Origin: a virus
Taxonomy: Duplodnaviria > Heunggongvirae > Uroviricota > Caudoviricetes
Direction: 5' to 3' (one strand)
IMG/VR virus record: IMGVR_UViG_2579778842_000003
Length of the DNA: 64,000 bases
Shown: positions 32,564 through 46,200 of the stretch, in pieces
Layout of the letters: each line of letters opens with the position of its first letter
Position numbering within the stretch: position 1 is the first letter of the stretch
Notes under the pieces: model-generated
The model's database searches: none
What the model was told of the DNA's origin: nothing
The model's input: the letters and a program-made list of their open reading frames with translations, nothing else
Made by a program: the position numbers and the translations under genes

Positions 32564-33826
32564 TCAGCGGACGTAAATAGTGCCGCCGTTCTCTTTTTCC
32601 CATGCATCGCTACGTGCATAGCAAACATCGAGAAGTCTTCTTGCCGCTGTTTCCTCTAAACCCAATTCGACAACCAACTGCTCATGACGGCGGGTAACCA
32701 CATCAAACAGGGTATGCAACCCTTTAGTTGCCAGATCATCAATGAATTCCGGTTCGAACGGCAGCTCTGCATCTGCCAACATAACCTCTTGCGCCCACTC
32801 AACTCGACGGACCAATTCCGGGCGGCGGCTTTCCATCTCTTTACAGATCAATTCATGGAAGAACTCTACCCAACCTTCCGGCTGGAACTCGCGGAAAATT
32901 GCCAACGGCTGGAAGTTTGGCATCAACCATTCGTTGATTCGGATATCAATGGCATAGCCCATGTCGCAGCAGAACTGATAAGCAAAGTCCAGCTTAGAAA
33001 CGATATAAGGACGCTCGTTATTGAACTCTTTAGGCGATGAGATCCCATAAGCCAGGAGGCGCGGGAAGAAGGAGATTTGCCCTAACGTCGGATGAAGTTT
33101 GCTTGCAGGGAAACGGCGCTCAGTAATGCCATACATTTCCTTCTTGAGCGTCGCAAATTTGGCATTCTCATTAACCAGCGCGGTAACCTCTGCTTTTTTA
33201 TTAGCAAATGCCACGCGCGCCTCGCTTGCATCTTTAATAGTTTTTTTGAGCTGTTGGTTAAGGTCGGCGACCTGCTTACGCAGTTCCTGTCGCTCGCTTT
33301 TAGCTTTGTTATAGCGTTTCTCAAGGTTAAAAGGATCAAGTTTCATGATCTCTTTATATTGAGATTTTAGCGTTGAAATCTGTGAGTTCCGCAGTTCAAC
33401 CATCGCGGTCATTTCATTGAGTTTTGTTTCCAGCTCAATGCTTATACGTTCGGCATTATCAGCACGCTGGTTGGCGTCATGCGTCGCATCGTCGATCGCG
33501 TCCTGTTGCTGGCGTTTCAAATGTTCAATTTGCAGCTGAAGCTCTTCAATTTCTTTACCCTTCAGACCGAGATCCAACTGCATATTTTCAGCTGCATCTA
33601 CCAGGGAGTTATGGCTATCAGCTTCTGCGTTATAAACATCAATAAGCTGTGCGTGAAGCATCTCCGCTGACTGAACCGCATTATCAAAAAAACGTGCTGT
33701 GAGGTCATCACAACTAACGCGGCGTTGCGCGGCCCGGATGTTCTGGATAATGGCCGGGATACCGGCATTCAGGACGTCAGGGATAGATACATTTTCGATT
33801 GATTGGTTTTGTGCTGAAGTGCTCAT
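32564..33826 (-). CDS. hypothetical coiled-coil protein
   Basis: 420 aa with a long central coiled-coil-like region. Confidence 0.5.
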   Translation of the reverse strand: MSTSAQNQSIENVSIPDVLNAGIPAIIQNIRAAQRRVSCDDLTARFFDNAVQSAEMLHAQLIDVYNAEADSHNSLVDAAENMQLDLGLKGKEIEELQLQIEHLKRQQQDAIDDATHDANQRADNAERISIELETKLNEMTAMVELRNSQISTLKSQYKEIMKLDPFNLEKRYNKAKSERQELRKQVADLNQQLKKTIKDASEARVAFANKKAEVTALVNENAKFATLKKEMYGITERRFPASKLHPTLGQISFFPRLLAYGISSPKEFNNERPYIVSKLDFAYQFCCDMGYAIDIRINEWLMPNFQPLAIFREFQPEGWVEFFHELICKEMESRRPELVRRVEWAQEVMLADAELPFEPEFIDDLATKGLHTLFDVVTRRHEQLVVELGLEETAARRLLDVCYARSDAWEKENGGTIYVR

Positions 33827-33827
33827 T

Positions 33828-34046
33828 TCAAAGTTCCGTATTAGCTTGTGCTTCGGTCATTTTTCCTAAGTATGAAGGTGGAAGGACTACGCAATTTGTA
33901 TCCAGCCCCTCACCCAGGGCAGCCTGTAAAATTCTGGCTAAGGAGAGTCTCTTGTTGCGATACCGGGTGATGACATGCCTGATATCGCCGGACGGCGTAA
34001 CAAAGGCGATCAGCCAGTAGTGATATTTCCGTCGGAATGGCCACAT
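33828..34046 (-). CDS. hypothetical small protein
   Basis: 72-aa ORF coupled to the upstream gene. Confidence 0.4.
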   Translation of the reverse strand: MWPFRRKYHYWLIAFVTPSGDIRHVITRYRNKRLSLARILQAALGEGLDTNCVVLPPSYLGKMTEAQANTEL

Positions 34047-34060
34047 AGTGCACCTTATGG

Positions 34061-34077
34061 ATTGCTCTAATAAAAAA
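34061..34077 (+). promoter_or_regulatory. C1 operator (one of an inverted pair)
   Basis: ATTGCTCTAATAAAAAA on the + strand. Confidence 0.6.
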
Positions 34078-34109
34078 CGTGATGAGTGTACATCACGTTT
34101 TAAAAATAT

Positions 34110-34126
34110 GGAATTATTAGAGCAAT
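34110..34126 (-). promoter_or_regulatory. C1 operator (second of the inverted pair)
   Basis: - strand reads ATTGCTCTAATAATTCC; the pair lies between two - strand genes. Confidence 0.6.
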
Positions 34127-34127
34127 A

Positions 34128-34829
34128 TTATTCTGATTCTTGCTCAAAAAACGCGCTAATGAGAGGAAGCCAATCCTCTGACACTTCACGCGGTCGCGGT
34201 TTGCCATGGAAGAAGATTATTCGGCAGTCTTTTGGTAATGCCCCATTCCCCCTGGAGTAGCGCGCACTTGCATATTTCGAACCAGGTTCCACAACATCGG
34301 CCTTGTAACTTACAAACCATCCCGGATACAGATCCTGAAATGCTGGTGTATCATCGCCCATAACCTTCCGTAAGAACCCCTGATCACCCCAGCATTCAGT
34401 AGTAACACAATGAGCAATCCAACCTTCCGGATCTTGCCAGAATGCACTCCAGATATGCGCTTTTACACTATTTGGTATCCACAGGGCACCGCTGCCACGA
34501 TATTGTGGATGGTAAAAATCCCTAAGCATGGTGAAGCTGGTTGGTGGATCCTCAAGGATTGGGCGTATATCACCGGCAATAACCGTGTCCAAATCCAGAT
34601 AAAACAGATCATCGGTTATATCCGGTCGGAACAACTCGATTTTCGCCCACCAGCCACGGCACTTTTGCCACTGGTTGATCAATGGGATAACTTTGACGCC
34701 AGGTACATGTAAACGCTTCAGGTCTGTCAGGCAAATAATTTCATAGCCTTTTGGCAGTTGATTAACCAGCCACTGCACATCGGAAGCGTTATAGTCGCCA
34801 CCAGAGCGAAGAACTAAAGCAATCTTCAT
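34128..34829 (-). CDS. hypothetical protein
   Basis: 233-aa ORF coupled to ppp (overlap ATGA). Confidence 0.5.
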   Translation of the reverse strand: MKIALVLRSGGDYNASDVQWLVNQLPKGYEIICLTDLKRLHVPGVKVIPLINQWQKCRGWWAKIELFRPDITDDLFYLDLDTVIAGDIRPILEDPPTSFTMLRDFYHPQYRGSGALWIPNSVKAHIWSAFWQDPEGWIAHCVTTECWGDQGFLRKVMGDDTPAFQDLYPGWFVSYKADVVEPGSKYASARYSRGNGALPKDCRIIFFHGKPRPREVSEDWLPLISAFFEQESE

Positions 34830-35518
34830 GCTGCACCATCACCTTTCACTTTCATCAATGTCAGGTTTCCGCAAAATACGGCACCAGTGTCGATATAATG
34901 CTGATTCCAGAATGTCTTCGGGCTTTTCACCGGAGTGTGACCAAAGATAAAACGATCTGCGCCCGAAATTTCGCCACCAATATCATCCATCGAATCACTG
35001 ATACGCTCGCGCGCCCAGACAACGTTGAAAAGCGGCACCTCCTTACCGAATTGATATTCATTATCCGGATAGTCGGCATGGGCTATAACGATAGTTTCTT
35101 GCCCGGTGTTCAACTCAATGATATAGGGCAGTCGTCTTACCAACTCCACCAGCGCCCTGGCTAATATTTCCTGATCAGTGTCCAGCATGAAGAACCATTG
35201 TCCGCCATTCATTAGCCAGTTATTCACGTTGCCATCAGGACTTAACGCATCGAGCATCAACCGCTCATGGTTCCCCATTACTGCCCTGAACCAGGGCATC
35301 TGCAATAGTTCCAGACATTCGACATTTTCAGTACCGCGATCGATAAGGTCGCCGACCGATATCAGTAAATCCTGCGCCGGGTCAAAATCCACACGATGGA
35401 GTTCGGACATCAGTCTGGTGTAGCAACCATGCAGATCACCAACAACCCAGATATTCCTGTATTTGGTACCGTCGATACGGTGATAAATTGTTGGTGCCAT
35501 CATGTATTCTTCAGCCAT
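34826..35518 (-). CDS. ppp: Ser/Thr protein phosphatase, calcineurin-like (P1 Ppp)
   Basis: 230 aa with GDLHG, GDLIDRG and GNHE metallophosphatase motifs. Confidence 0.85.
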   Translation of the reverse strand: MAEEYMMAPTIYHRIDGTKYRNIWVVGDLHGCYTRLMSELHRVDFDPAQDLLISVGDLIDRGTENVECLELLQMPWFRAVMGNHERLMLDALSPDGNVNNWLMNGGQWFFMLDTDQEILARALVELVRRLPYIIELNTGQETIVIAHADYPDNEYQFGKEVPLFNVVWARERISDSMDDIGGEISGADRFIFGHTPVKSPKTFWNQHYIDTGAVFCGNLTLMKVKGDGAA

Positions 35519-36126
35519 TCTTTAAGAGTCATCTGCGGAATACCTCCCATTTTCCCGCATGAAACAACGTCAATCTGTTCACGCGCAGACTGGAATAACA
35601 AAGGCAGGTGACTTAGATTTTTTGGCGTGCCGCCGGAGTGAACGCGTGGTTCTTGCGTAGCGTCAACGCCCACCAGGGCGACATGTTTGAATCCGATATG
35701 GAAAGCCAGGTTCAGAGCACCATATGCACTATTGCCGCTGGCAATTTCATTCTCATCTTCACAAAGGCCGAAATGTGCGGACCAGCGCCACGCCCACCAC
35801 TCGGGAGAATTCGTATTTTTTGGCTCCGTGCCGCGTTCAGCCACACGACGGAAGCACAGAACGCCATCTCTGACTTCACGTTCTTTAACATCGGGTAGTG
35901 CCATGCAATAACAAACACCACGGCGACGGCGGCCACGACCAACGCGCCGCATATTGTCTGGCGATGGATCAAGTGTGAAAAAATAAGAAGCGCGGTTAAG
36001 CCAGTCGATGGCCCCATTGACCGCTATAATCGGCACTCCGCGCGGCGCAACAAAGTTTGCGGCGCTTGGGCCACTGCCGACGATAATAACGCGATCACTG
36101 CCTCTAAATTTATTCTTGGGAAACAT
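35500..36126 (-). CDS. hypothetical protein, GSGPS...AVN family (paralogue of next gene)
   Basis: 208 aa; IIVGSGPSA...IIAVNGA and VALVGVD motifs; overlaps the upstream paralogue by about 100 nt. Confidence 0.5.
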   Translation of the reverse strand: MFPKNKFRGSDRVIIVGSGPSAANFVAPRGVPIIAVNGAIDWLNRASYFFTLDPSPDNMRRVGRGRRRRGVCYCMALPDVKEREVRDGVLCFRRVAERGTEPKNTNSPEWWAWRWSAHFGLCEDENEIASGNSAYGALNLAFHIGFKHVALVGVDATQEPRVHSGGTPKNLSHLPLLFQSAREQIDVVSCGKMGGIPQMTLKEWLKNT

Positions 36127-36686
36127 TGAATTGCACTGCTCCTACTTGCATTCAAAATATGTAAATCTGCGTGTTTTTTGCGGGTATCCAGGAACTGCTG
36201 TTGCCATTTTGAAATAGACACCTGCGTTGGATTCCGTAGTGCTTGAGGGTGCGCGCCATGCCAATGAAGGCCGTTTTGCAGAGAACAGTCATAGCCGACT
36301 AATACCACTACTTCAGCCCCTGATTCAGCAGCCAGACTGATAGCCTGCGCGCCGCTATTTACCCCTTCCGCCGGTCCACAATATCGCCTGTACTCCAACG
36401 AAAATGATTTCGCCGCCGCCAGGTTGGCTGTCACTTTGCGGAATCTCCCTCCCGGTATGGTGGATCCGTATTGCTTCCACCATGACAAATCACCGGCGTA
36501 TAAGGCATAAATGTCATCGAACATCTGCCAGGAATTGTTAACCGCGATGATTGAACAGCCAGTTTTTTCTATAGCAGCACAGTCCTCACGAGTGAGTGAC
36601 GGACCGCTACCGACACAAAAAACAGTCCTAGTCGCCCTGGGTGGTATGTTCATTCTCAGCTGCAAATTCAGCCTCCAGGCGAGCAT
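36024..36686 (-). CDS. hypothetical protein, GSGPS...AVN family (paralogue of previous gene)
   Basis: 220 aa; FCVGSGPSL...IIAVNNS and VVLVGYD motifs. Confidence 0.5.
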   Translation of the reverse strand: MLAWRLNLQLRMNIPPRATRTVFCVGSGPSLTREDCAAIEKTGCSIIAVNNSWQMFDDIYALYAGDLSWWKQYGSTIPGGRFRKVTANLAAAKSFSLEYRRYCGPAEGVNSGAQAISLAAESGAEVVVLVGYDCSLQNGLHWHGAHPQALRNPTQVSISKWQQQFLDTRKKHADLHILNASRSSAIQCFPRINLEAVIALLSSAVAQAPQTLLRRAECRL

Positions 36687-36849
36687 TCATTTCAGCGATT
36701 ACAGGGTCCACTACAGCATCTGTTTCCTGTTCATTACGCGGCATGACCGATGCCAGCGACTCATAATTAACCTTGGATGACACGATTATTCTCCCGATGT
36801 TAAAGTGCACTACCACAAAGAGCGTACATGCACTAATTAATTTATTATT

Positions 36850-37428
36850 TTAAGCAGCATGCAACCACTTATCGCCGTTCAATACATGCTCAATAGCCTC
36901 ACCCTTTTTAAGACTTATGTATTCCAGGATGGCGGTAATCGCTTGTTCTGCACCATACGCAAGAACAACGTAGTAGCCTTCCTCTCTAAGCCTGCGCATC
37001 CAGGCGATCTGCTCTTTCGTCGGGGCTTTACCATTTGGTTCTTTAAGCTCAATTCGCATGCCGTGATAAATACCGCATGCTTTATCGAGACTCATGTCCG
37101 GATAACCTTTTTTCTGCCCTTCAGCCTTCATTTTCCCGGCGGTTGCTTTTGAACGTTTCCCTCCGTTAGGCGTTGCATGCAACAGCTCATAGATGTCAGG
37201 GTGCTTGCGTTCGAAGTAATCAAAAATGAAAACCTGCTCGAAGTGCTCGCAATTTCCGTCGCGCAGGTCTGGGTTCTTTGCAAGTGCTGCAAGTGCCTTC
37301 GCATGTGGAGAAACTTCTTTTACCGGCGCAAGCGATAAGAATGGATCCTTTTTGGTTTTTGGCCTGGACCGCCCCTTATTTCGACGCTCACTAAAAGCCT
37401 GAAACTCTTCCTCAGTAAAGCGCAACAT
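36850..37428 (-). CDS. hypothetical protein, possibly VRR-NUC-like nuclease
   Basis: 192 aa; C-terminal YHGMRIELKEPNGKAPTKEQIAWM pattern; weak. Confidence 0.4.
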   Translation of the reverse strand: MLRFTEEEFQAFSERRNKGRSRPKTKKDPFLSLAPVKEVSPHAKALAALAKNPDLRDGNCEHFEQVFIFDYFERKHPDIYELLHATPNGGKRSKATAGKMKAEGQKKGYPDMSLDKACGIYHGMRIELKEPNGKAPTKEQIAWMRRLREEGYYVVLAYGAEQAITAILEYISLKKGEAIEHVLNGDKWLHAA

Positions 37429-37430
37429 AA

Positions 37431-37676
37431 TCAGTCAAATCCTGCCGGTCGCATGCCATATTTACGCTGTTTTGCGGCCTGCTCTTCCCTGTGCCATTGC
37501 GCACATTCAGCGTCACAATAAATGCCTGATTCAATCGATTCATTGCAGTAACGACACTTCCCTGTAAATACCTGGCTCACGACCTGTGCCTGCTTTCTGA
37601 TGTTATCGATGGCCATGTCTTTGAGAGCTTCTAACTGATTCATGCTCAGCTCTGCATCATCAACACGTTCTGCCAA
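37431..37676 (-). CDS. small Cys-rich protein (putative zinc-binding)
   Basis: 81 aa with CRYCNESIESGIYCDAECAQWH. Confidence 0.45.
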   Translation of the reverse strand: MAERVDDAELSMNQLEALKDMAIDNIRKQAQVVSQVFTGKCRYCNESIESGIYCDAECAQWHREEQAAKQRKYGMRPAGFD

Positions 37677-37732
37677 TTTTGTTTCCTCGTGAAGAACCTA
37701 CTTAAGGGCAGAATGATACATTTCACAATCAA

Positions 37733-37749
37733 AATTGCACTAATAATTT
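37733..37749 (+). promoter_or_regulatory. C1 operator-like site in a divergent intergenic region
   Basis: ATTGCACTAATAATTTT (two mismatches to consensus). Confidence 0.35.
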
Positions 37750-37790
37750 TCTTTTATTGAGTTAAATATTCAACAAATGACTAGCGGTAG

Positions 37791-37812
37791 AATCACCATC
37801 ATCTATTTCTGG
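37791..37812 (+). promoter_or_regulatory. P1-type late promoter candidate upstream of the baseplate/tail operon
   Basis: AACAAATGACT-AGCGG-TAGAAT, 10 nt before the ATG at 37823. Confidence 0.4.
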
Positions 37813-37822
37813 CAGGCTGACT

Positions 37823-38200
37823 ATGGCTACATCAATCACTACAACCCAAAGCACCCGGCAATATCCTCTGTCGCGGTATGACGACCGCAACATAGCCGAT
37901 CCAATACTCAGGGCAGAGCTACGCAAAGAGGTGATGCTTATGTGTGAATCGAACGACAAGAATATGACGATTTATTACGTTCTTCCCGATGAGCAATATC
38001 GCCCGGATTTGCTGGCTTACCGTATGTGGGGCATAGCAGAGCTACGCTGGGTTGTGACGCTCGCCGCCGGGCTTGAGGATGAGTCTCAGGGTATGACTGT
38101 TGGCAAAAAATTAAAACTCCCACCTGCCACCTGGATCCGCGAAATGATTCGCCATTTCCAATACGACGGCCAGGTAATAGGGACATTATCCATTGCGTAA
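37823..38200 (+). CDS. tail/baseplate operon protein (first gene)
   Basis: 125-aa ORF heading a + strand structural cluster; positional. Confidence 0.5.
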   Translation: MATSITTTQSTRQYPLSRYDDRNIADPILRAELRKEVMLMCESNDKNMTIYYVLPDEQYRPDLLAYRMWGIAELRWVVTLAAGLEDESQGMTVGKKLKLPPATWIREMIRHFQYDGQVIGTLSIA

Positions 38201-38209
38201 GGGAAATGA

Positions 38210-39427
38210 ATGCCAACTGAATATGCTCGCGACAACCTTGGTCGCTATCAGACTGATGGATTAAGTGCAAAAGACTTTAACAAGGTCTTCGATCTTATCC
38301 GTAAACAGCAGCGTCAGAATCGGCGAAACGCGCGACGTACACTCACCCCAAGGATTATGGGGATGCGTAACCGCGAACTTGAGGCATTCCTCAGCCTTGG
38401 GAAAAAGAAAGATGGCACCTACTTTACGCCCGAAGATATACGCAGTTTCAACACCTCAAGGCAGGCTCATAAAACCAAATTCAAGAGCACGGTACCCGGC
38501 ATTACCTATGCTCAGCTGGTGGCGCAGTCCACCAGCATTGATATAAAACGCGCTAACAACAAGGTTTCTGATGGCACAGGGATCAAAGCCGCGACATTCC
38601 TCGGGCTAAAACACAACCTTGCATTGATATCTGTTAATGCCTCGGATGAGTCGGTCCACCAGCATCACCGTGTCAGAATTCGATTTGAGGAATGGGATAA
38701 AGCCGTTGAGGAAATTGCTGAAGACGGTGCGAAAAAAGCCCGAATCGCTGCCGATCTCTGCAAGGGCCGGGTATCTTTCGACTGTGATTGTGGACGCCAT
38801 CAATACTGGTATCGTTATATGGCCACTGCTGGTAACTATGCTGTCGCGCCGCCAAAAGAGTATGCATTCCCCAAGATCCGCAACCCTGATCTGACTGGTG
38901 TAGCCTGCAAACATGTGTTGCACGCTATGACGCGTTTTCAGTCTCCCACATGGCACAAGGCCATCATTATTGCCCTGGAAAAAGCAGCTGAACAGGTAGC
39001 CTTCGGCGATGACAAGCGGAAGACAACAACCTATTTCAAAGGCGAACTGGCTAAATCGCTCGCGCGCAACCGGACAACAACGACGGATCAGGCTAAAGCG
39101 GCGCGTGAGTATGAGTTATATCTGAAATCTCAGGATGCATTAGGCAAAAAACTACGCGCCAAAGATAGCGCCACGGACAACGTTCGCCGGTTGTTAAAAA
39201 AAGCTCGCACCACGGCAAACAGGAAGAATGCCGAACTAAAAGCATCGCGGGTGAGGGAAGCCCAGGCTCGCGCTGAAGCCGACGCTCTCAAAAAAGCCCT
39301 GCAAACGCAGGCGAACAACCTCATAAAGTTTTTCATGAGTCAGGGAATGGACAAGGCCGCTGCCACTGCGCAGGCGCGAAGCATTCTTGAGACACAAATT
39401 AACGAAGCCCGTAAACGGAAAGGATAA
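38210..39427 (+). CDS. tail/baseplate operon protein with SWIM-like Cys/His motif
   Basis: 405 aa; CDCGRHQYWY...CKHVLHA; basic coiled-coil C-terminus. Confidence 0.5.
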   Translation: MPTEYARDNLGRYQTDGLSAKDFNKVFDLIRKQQRQNRRNARRTLTPRIMGMRNRELEAFLSLGKKKDGTYFTPEDIRSFNTSRQAHKTKFKSTVPGITYAQLVAQSTSIDIKRANNKVSDGTGIKAATFLGLKHNLALISVNASDESVHQHHRVRIRFEEWDKAVEEIAEDGAKKARIAADLCKGRVSFDCDCGRHQYWYRYMATAGNYAVAPPKEYAFPKIRNPDLTGVACKHVLHAMTRFQSPTWHKAIIIALEKAAEQVAFGDDKRKTTTYFKGELAKSLARNRTTTTDQAKAAREYELYLKSQDALGKKLRAKDSATDNVRRLLKKARTTANRKNAELKASRVREAQARAEADALKKALQTQANNLIKFFMSQGMDKAAATAQARSILETQINEARKRKG

Positions 39428-42574
<3,147 letters not shown>

Positions 42575-42620
42575 GAAAAGCCCGGCGATCGGGCTTTTCT
42601 GTTATGACGGGTTCAATTTT

Positions 42621-43619
42621 TTATCCGTTACCGCGCGACGGTTTCTGCGTGATAAACGTCTCAAGCATCTTTTCCGCAATTGCCGACCAGGTGTGACACT
42701 GGACCTTTTCAGCATTTTTCACGCGATCAACGCGAGCAATAACCTCATCCCAATCAATCCGCGACTTGATAACCATATGGTTCACCAACTCCAGGCGATC
42801 CGGCGGAAGGCAATCGGGCGGAGTTAATATCAACGCTCCACACATTGCCGCCTCAAGAACAGTTAATCCAAGGCTTTCGGGATGCGTAACGATAAAAACG
42901 TCACTCTTACGCAATTCAGCTGCAAATTCGGTTGCTGGCACCGGCGTCCGCCTGTATGGAGTTACCGAAATATTCCCCGGATCAATGGTAACCAATCCGT
43001 CATCAGTCAACGTTCTGGCCTCATACGGAACGGTCAGACGCTGAAGGTTCATAAGGATACTTAAGGAGTGATCAAAACCACTAACATCAAATGCAGCGTG
43101 GTCTACAAAAATACGCAGAATATCGTCTGTTTTGGTTTCCAGATGGAACAGCTCCTGATTCGCTGCCCATCCAACATGTTTGTTAAAACGATTATGACGC
43201 TCTAACCTGCCGGGATTATCCAGGTACCGCCAGGTATCATCGCGGACAGTAAAAGTAATATCGACTGGTGCCGAATCCAGCATAGAACCGTCATATACCT
43301 GGGCTACCCATCCAGAGAATCGGCGACACAGTTGCATGCCTATTTCCCTGGGTACCGTAGTAAAATACCTCAATCCTGGTGCCAAAATGGCCTTCGCAGA
43401 ACATGCGGTCGCAGCAGTCAACACAGCTTCAACATAATCCTCCGGGCTTTCGACGCCAGGGGAATATGGACGATGGTATTGCAATGTTACCCCTGCCTCA
43501 CTAAAGGCGCAGGCCAGGTTATAAGCCCACATTTCCGTATATGTTTTCACATCACTGATAGCTTCAAATTTTCGCCCAATGATCAGGATGTTCATCGGCT
43601 TTTCCTCATTCCATTGCAT
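42621..43619 (-). CDS. GT-B fold glycosyltransferase-like protein (P1 Dbn position, downstream of ban)
   Basis: 332 aa; C-terminal HPESLGLTVLEAAMCGALIL resembles the GT4 E-x7-E motif region. Confidence 0.5.
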   Translation of the reverse strand: MQWNEEKPMNILIIGRKFEAISDVKTYTEMWAYNLACAFSEAGVTLQYHRPYSPGVESPEDYVEAVLTAATACSAKAILAPGLRYFTTVPREIGMQLCRRFSGWVAQVYDGSMLDSAPVDITFTVRDDTWRYLDNPGRLERHNRFNKHVGWAANQELFHLETKTDDILRIFVDHAAFDVSGFDHSLSILMNLQRLTVPYEARTLTDDGLVTIDPGNISVTPYRRTPVPATEFAAELRKSDVFIVTHPESLGLTVLEAAMCGALILTPPDCLPPDRLELVNHMVIKSRIDWDEVIARVDRVKNAEKVQCHTWSAIAEKMLETFITQKPSRGNG

Positions 43620-44989
43620 TAATAATCCTCTTGCCAGTCAGCACCAGCATAGTTATCAAACCGTGAGTATTGGCCGTTAAAAGCCAATCTCACCGTGCCA
43701 ATTGGGCCATTTCGTTGCTTTCCGATAATTACCTCGGCAATGCCCTTCATTTCGCTATCCGGGTGATAAACTTCGTCGCGATACAGAAACATGATCAGGT
43801 CTGCGTCCTGCTCAATTGCTCCTGATTCACGTAAATCTGAATTTACCGGTCGTTTGTCCGCACGCTGTTCAAGCGATCGATTAAGTTGTGACAATGCCAC
43901 CACCGGTACTTGTAATTCCTTCGCCAACGCCTTCAGTGAGCGAGAAATCTCGGCAATTTCCAGCGTTCGGTTATCTTGCAGCTCGGGGACGCGCATAAGT
44001 TGCAGGTAGTCGATCATAATCATGCTCAAACCACCATTTTCTTTATAAACACGACGAGCGCGGGAACGAAGCTCTGTAGGTGTCAGGGCGCTTGAGTCAT
44101 CAATAAAAATATTCTGCTTGTCCAACAGAATACCCATTGCGCCAGAAACCCGCGCCCAATCCTCGTCGTTAAGTTGCCCTGTCCGAATACGAGTCTGATC
44201 AACGCGTGCAAGAGAAGCCAGTGAGCGCATCATCAGCTGGTGGCTCGGCATCTCAAGGCTAAAAACCAATACGGGCTTATCGTTACGAACTGCGGCATTT
44301 TCGACGAGATTCATCGCAAACGTGGTCTTCCCCATAGATGGGCGGGCGGCGACAATGATGAGATCGGACGGCTGAAGCCCTGCCGTCTTCTTATTGAGAT
44401 CGGTAAATCCCGTATCAAGCCCCGTTACACCATCATGTGGTCGCTGAAACAACTCTTCTATGCGAGATACCGTTGCATCGAGAATGCTGGCGATATCTTT
44501 TGGACCACTACCGCTCTTTTGTCGTTTTTCAGCTATTTCAAAAACGCGGCGCTCGGCCATATCTAGCAATTCATTGCTGCCCCTGCCATCCTGCGCATAT
44601 CCAGCTTCGGCTATTTCATTTGCGACGGAAATCATTTCACGAACAACCGCGCGTTCACGAACGATATCCGCATAAGCACAAATATTTGCCGCGCTGGGCG
44701 TGTTCTTTGACATCTCCGCAAGGTACGCAAAACCACCGGCGCGTTCTAATTTACCGTTCTGTTCAAGTGCTTCAGCAAGTGTTATCAAATCAATCGGTTT
44801 GCCATGACTTAATAACCTCTCCATCTCACTGAAAATTTCACGATGAGCACTGGTATAAAAATCATCAGCAACTATACGATCTGCAACTTCATCCCAGCGG
44901 CAGTTATCAAGCATTAAGCCACCAAGTACAGCTTGTTCTGCACTAAGGGAATTTGGCATGGATTCAAGAGGGGATGCAGACATTAGCAC
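43619..44989 (-). CDS. ban: Ban, DnaB-family replicative helicase
   Basis: 456 aa; N-terminal DnaB-like region (AEQAVLGGLMLDN), Walker A (ARPSMGKTTFA), C-terminal RecA-like core. Confidence 0.9.
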   Translation of the reverse strand: MLMSASPLESMPNSLSAEQAVLGGLMLDNCRWDEVADRIVADDFYTSAHREIFSEMERLLSHGKPIDLITLAEALEQNGKLERAGGFAYLAEMSKNTPSAANICAYADIVRERAVVREMISVANEIAEAGYAQDGRGSNELLDMAERRVFEIAEKRQKSGSGPKDIASILDATVSRIEELFQRPHDGVTGLDTGFTDLNKKTAGLQPSDLIIVAARPSMGKTTFAMNLVENAAVRNDKPVLVFSLEMPSHQLMMRSLASLARVDQTRIRTGQLNDEDWARVSGAMGILLDKQNIFIDDSSALTPTELRSRARRVYKENGGLSMIMIDYLQLMRVPELQDNRTLEIAEISRSLKALAKELQVPVVALSQLNRSLEQRADKRPVNSDLRESGAIEQDADLIMFLYRDEVYHPDSEMKGIAEVIIGKQRNGPIGTVRLAFNGQYSRFDNYAGADWQEDY

Positions 44990-45269
44990 TCCACCCAGGC
45001 GTGCTGAATGTCAGATATAATCGGCATACTCAAATCACTCCTAACGATATGAGTCATCACCAGAAAATCAGGATTAATGCGCCGGACTCTTCCCGGCTGT
45101 CACACCGAATCGCCAGGATGGTGAATCCCTTTACCCGAGAAACAACAAACGGTGGCTTGCACATTCCGGCTACCTGGTTCGTTGCCTGAGCTAGGGGCAA
45201 GGTTCCCCCCTTTTAACGTCACCAGACCGCTAACGACGCATGTGCCAGACGCCGTGTTACAACCAAATA

Positions 45270-45345
45270 TGGTGGCCCCTACCGGACTTGAACCGGTGAC
45301 CGTGCGATTATGAGTCGCCAGCTCTAACCACTGAGCTAAAGGGCC
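45270..45345 (-). tRNA. trnI: tRNA-Ile (anticodon CAU, lysidine-type; could formally be Met)
   Basis: 76 nt, GGCCCTTTAGCTCAGTGGTTAGAGC...CTCATAA...GGTTCAAGTCCGGTAGGGGCCACCA; close to E. coli ileX as recalled; cloverleaf folds by hand. Confidence 0.8.
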
Positions 45346-45372
45346 GGATTACTGCCAATTTTGCTTACGCTT

Positions 45373-46200
45373 TTATTTCACCGGAACAAACGGAACAGCG
45401 GTATTACTGGTCATATACTGCGGTAATGTACCGTTCCATTTGTTGATCGCTTCCAACTCCATAACACCGGGGTTCTGGCGCAGAGCTTCACCACGTAAAC
45501 GAATGGCATCAGCTTCGGCCTGGGCTTTTGTGCGAATAGCATCAGCCTGTCCGGCAGCTTCCGCGCGCAGCATGTTGGCCTCTGCTTCACGTTGTTTGAC
45601 CTCTTGCTCGCGTTGCAGGGTTTTTTGGTTTGCCGTGACTTTGGCGTTAATACTGTCAATAACTGTTGGCGGGTATTCTGGCTTACCTACATAAGAGAGG
45701 CTCATCACCTGAATGCCGATTGGCGTCATTTCTTCCTGAATGTCTTTAAGGGCTGCATCAAGCAATTCAGATTTGCCACCGTCGATAAATTTGTCGGTGG
45801 TCATTTTGCTGGCTAACCGGTTCAGAGCATCTGCAACCTTCTGGCGTAGATCGGTATCAGTAATATCATCTACACCTTTGCGATAGGTCTGAAATACCGT
45901 TGTGACTTTTGCTGGATCAACCTTGTAGGCTACGCCGATGTGGTAACCAATGGTTGTTCCGTCGCTCATCTGGAAGCTGAACGGCTCATCGTATGTCTTC
46001 ATTTGCTTAAAGGTCGGGAAGATATAAACTTCAGTATTCAAGCCTGTCCAGTAGCGACCAACGCCAACTACTTCACCGATACCTTTATCATCCCCCAGCT
46101 TATTTACTTTGATCCCTACGTTACCTGGCTCTACCCGATCGCATCCGGTCAGACATAAAGAACCCAAAATAATCGCTGCACTAATCAACGTTTTTTTCAT
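45373..46200 (-). CDS. SPFH/band-7 domain lipoprotein
   Basis: 275 aa; signal peptide and lipobox (LCLTGC); central SPFH-like region and Ala/Glu-rich coiled-coil C-terminus. Confidence 0.6.
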   Translation of the reverse strand: MKKTLISAAIILGSLCLTGCDRVEPGNVGIKVNKLGDDKGIGEVVGVGRYWTGLNTEVYIFPTFKQMKTYDEPFSFQMSDGTTIGYHIGVAYKVDPAKVTTVFQTYRKGVDDITDTDLRQKVADALNRLASKMTTDKFIDGGKSELLDAALKDIQEEMTPIGIQVMSLSYVGKPEYPPTVIDSINAKVTANQKTLQREQEVKQREAEANMLRAEAAGQADAIRTKAQAEADAIRLRGEALRQNPGVMELEAINKWNGTLPQYMTSNTAVPFVPVK

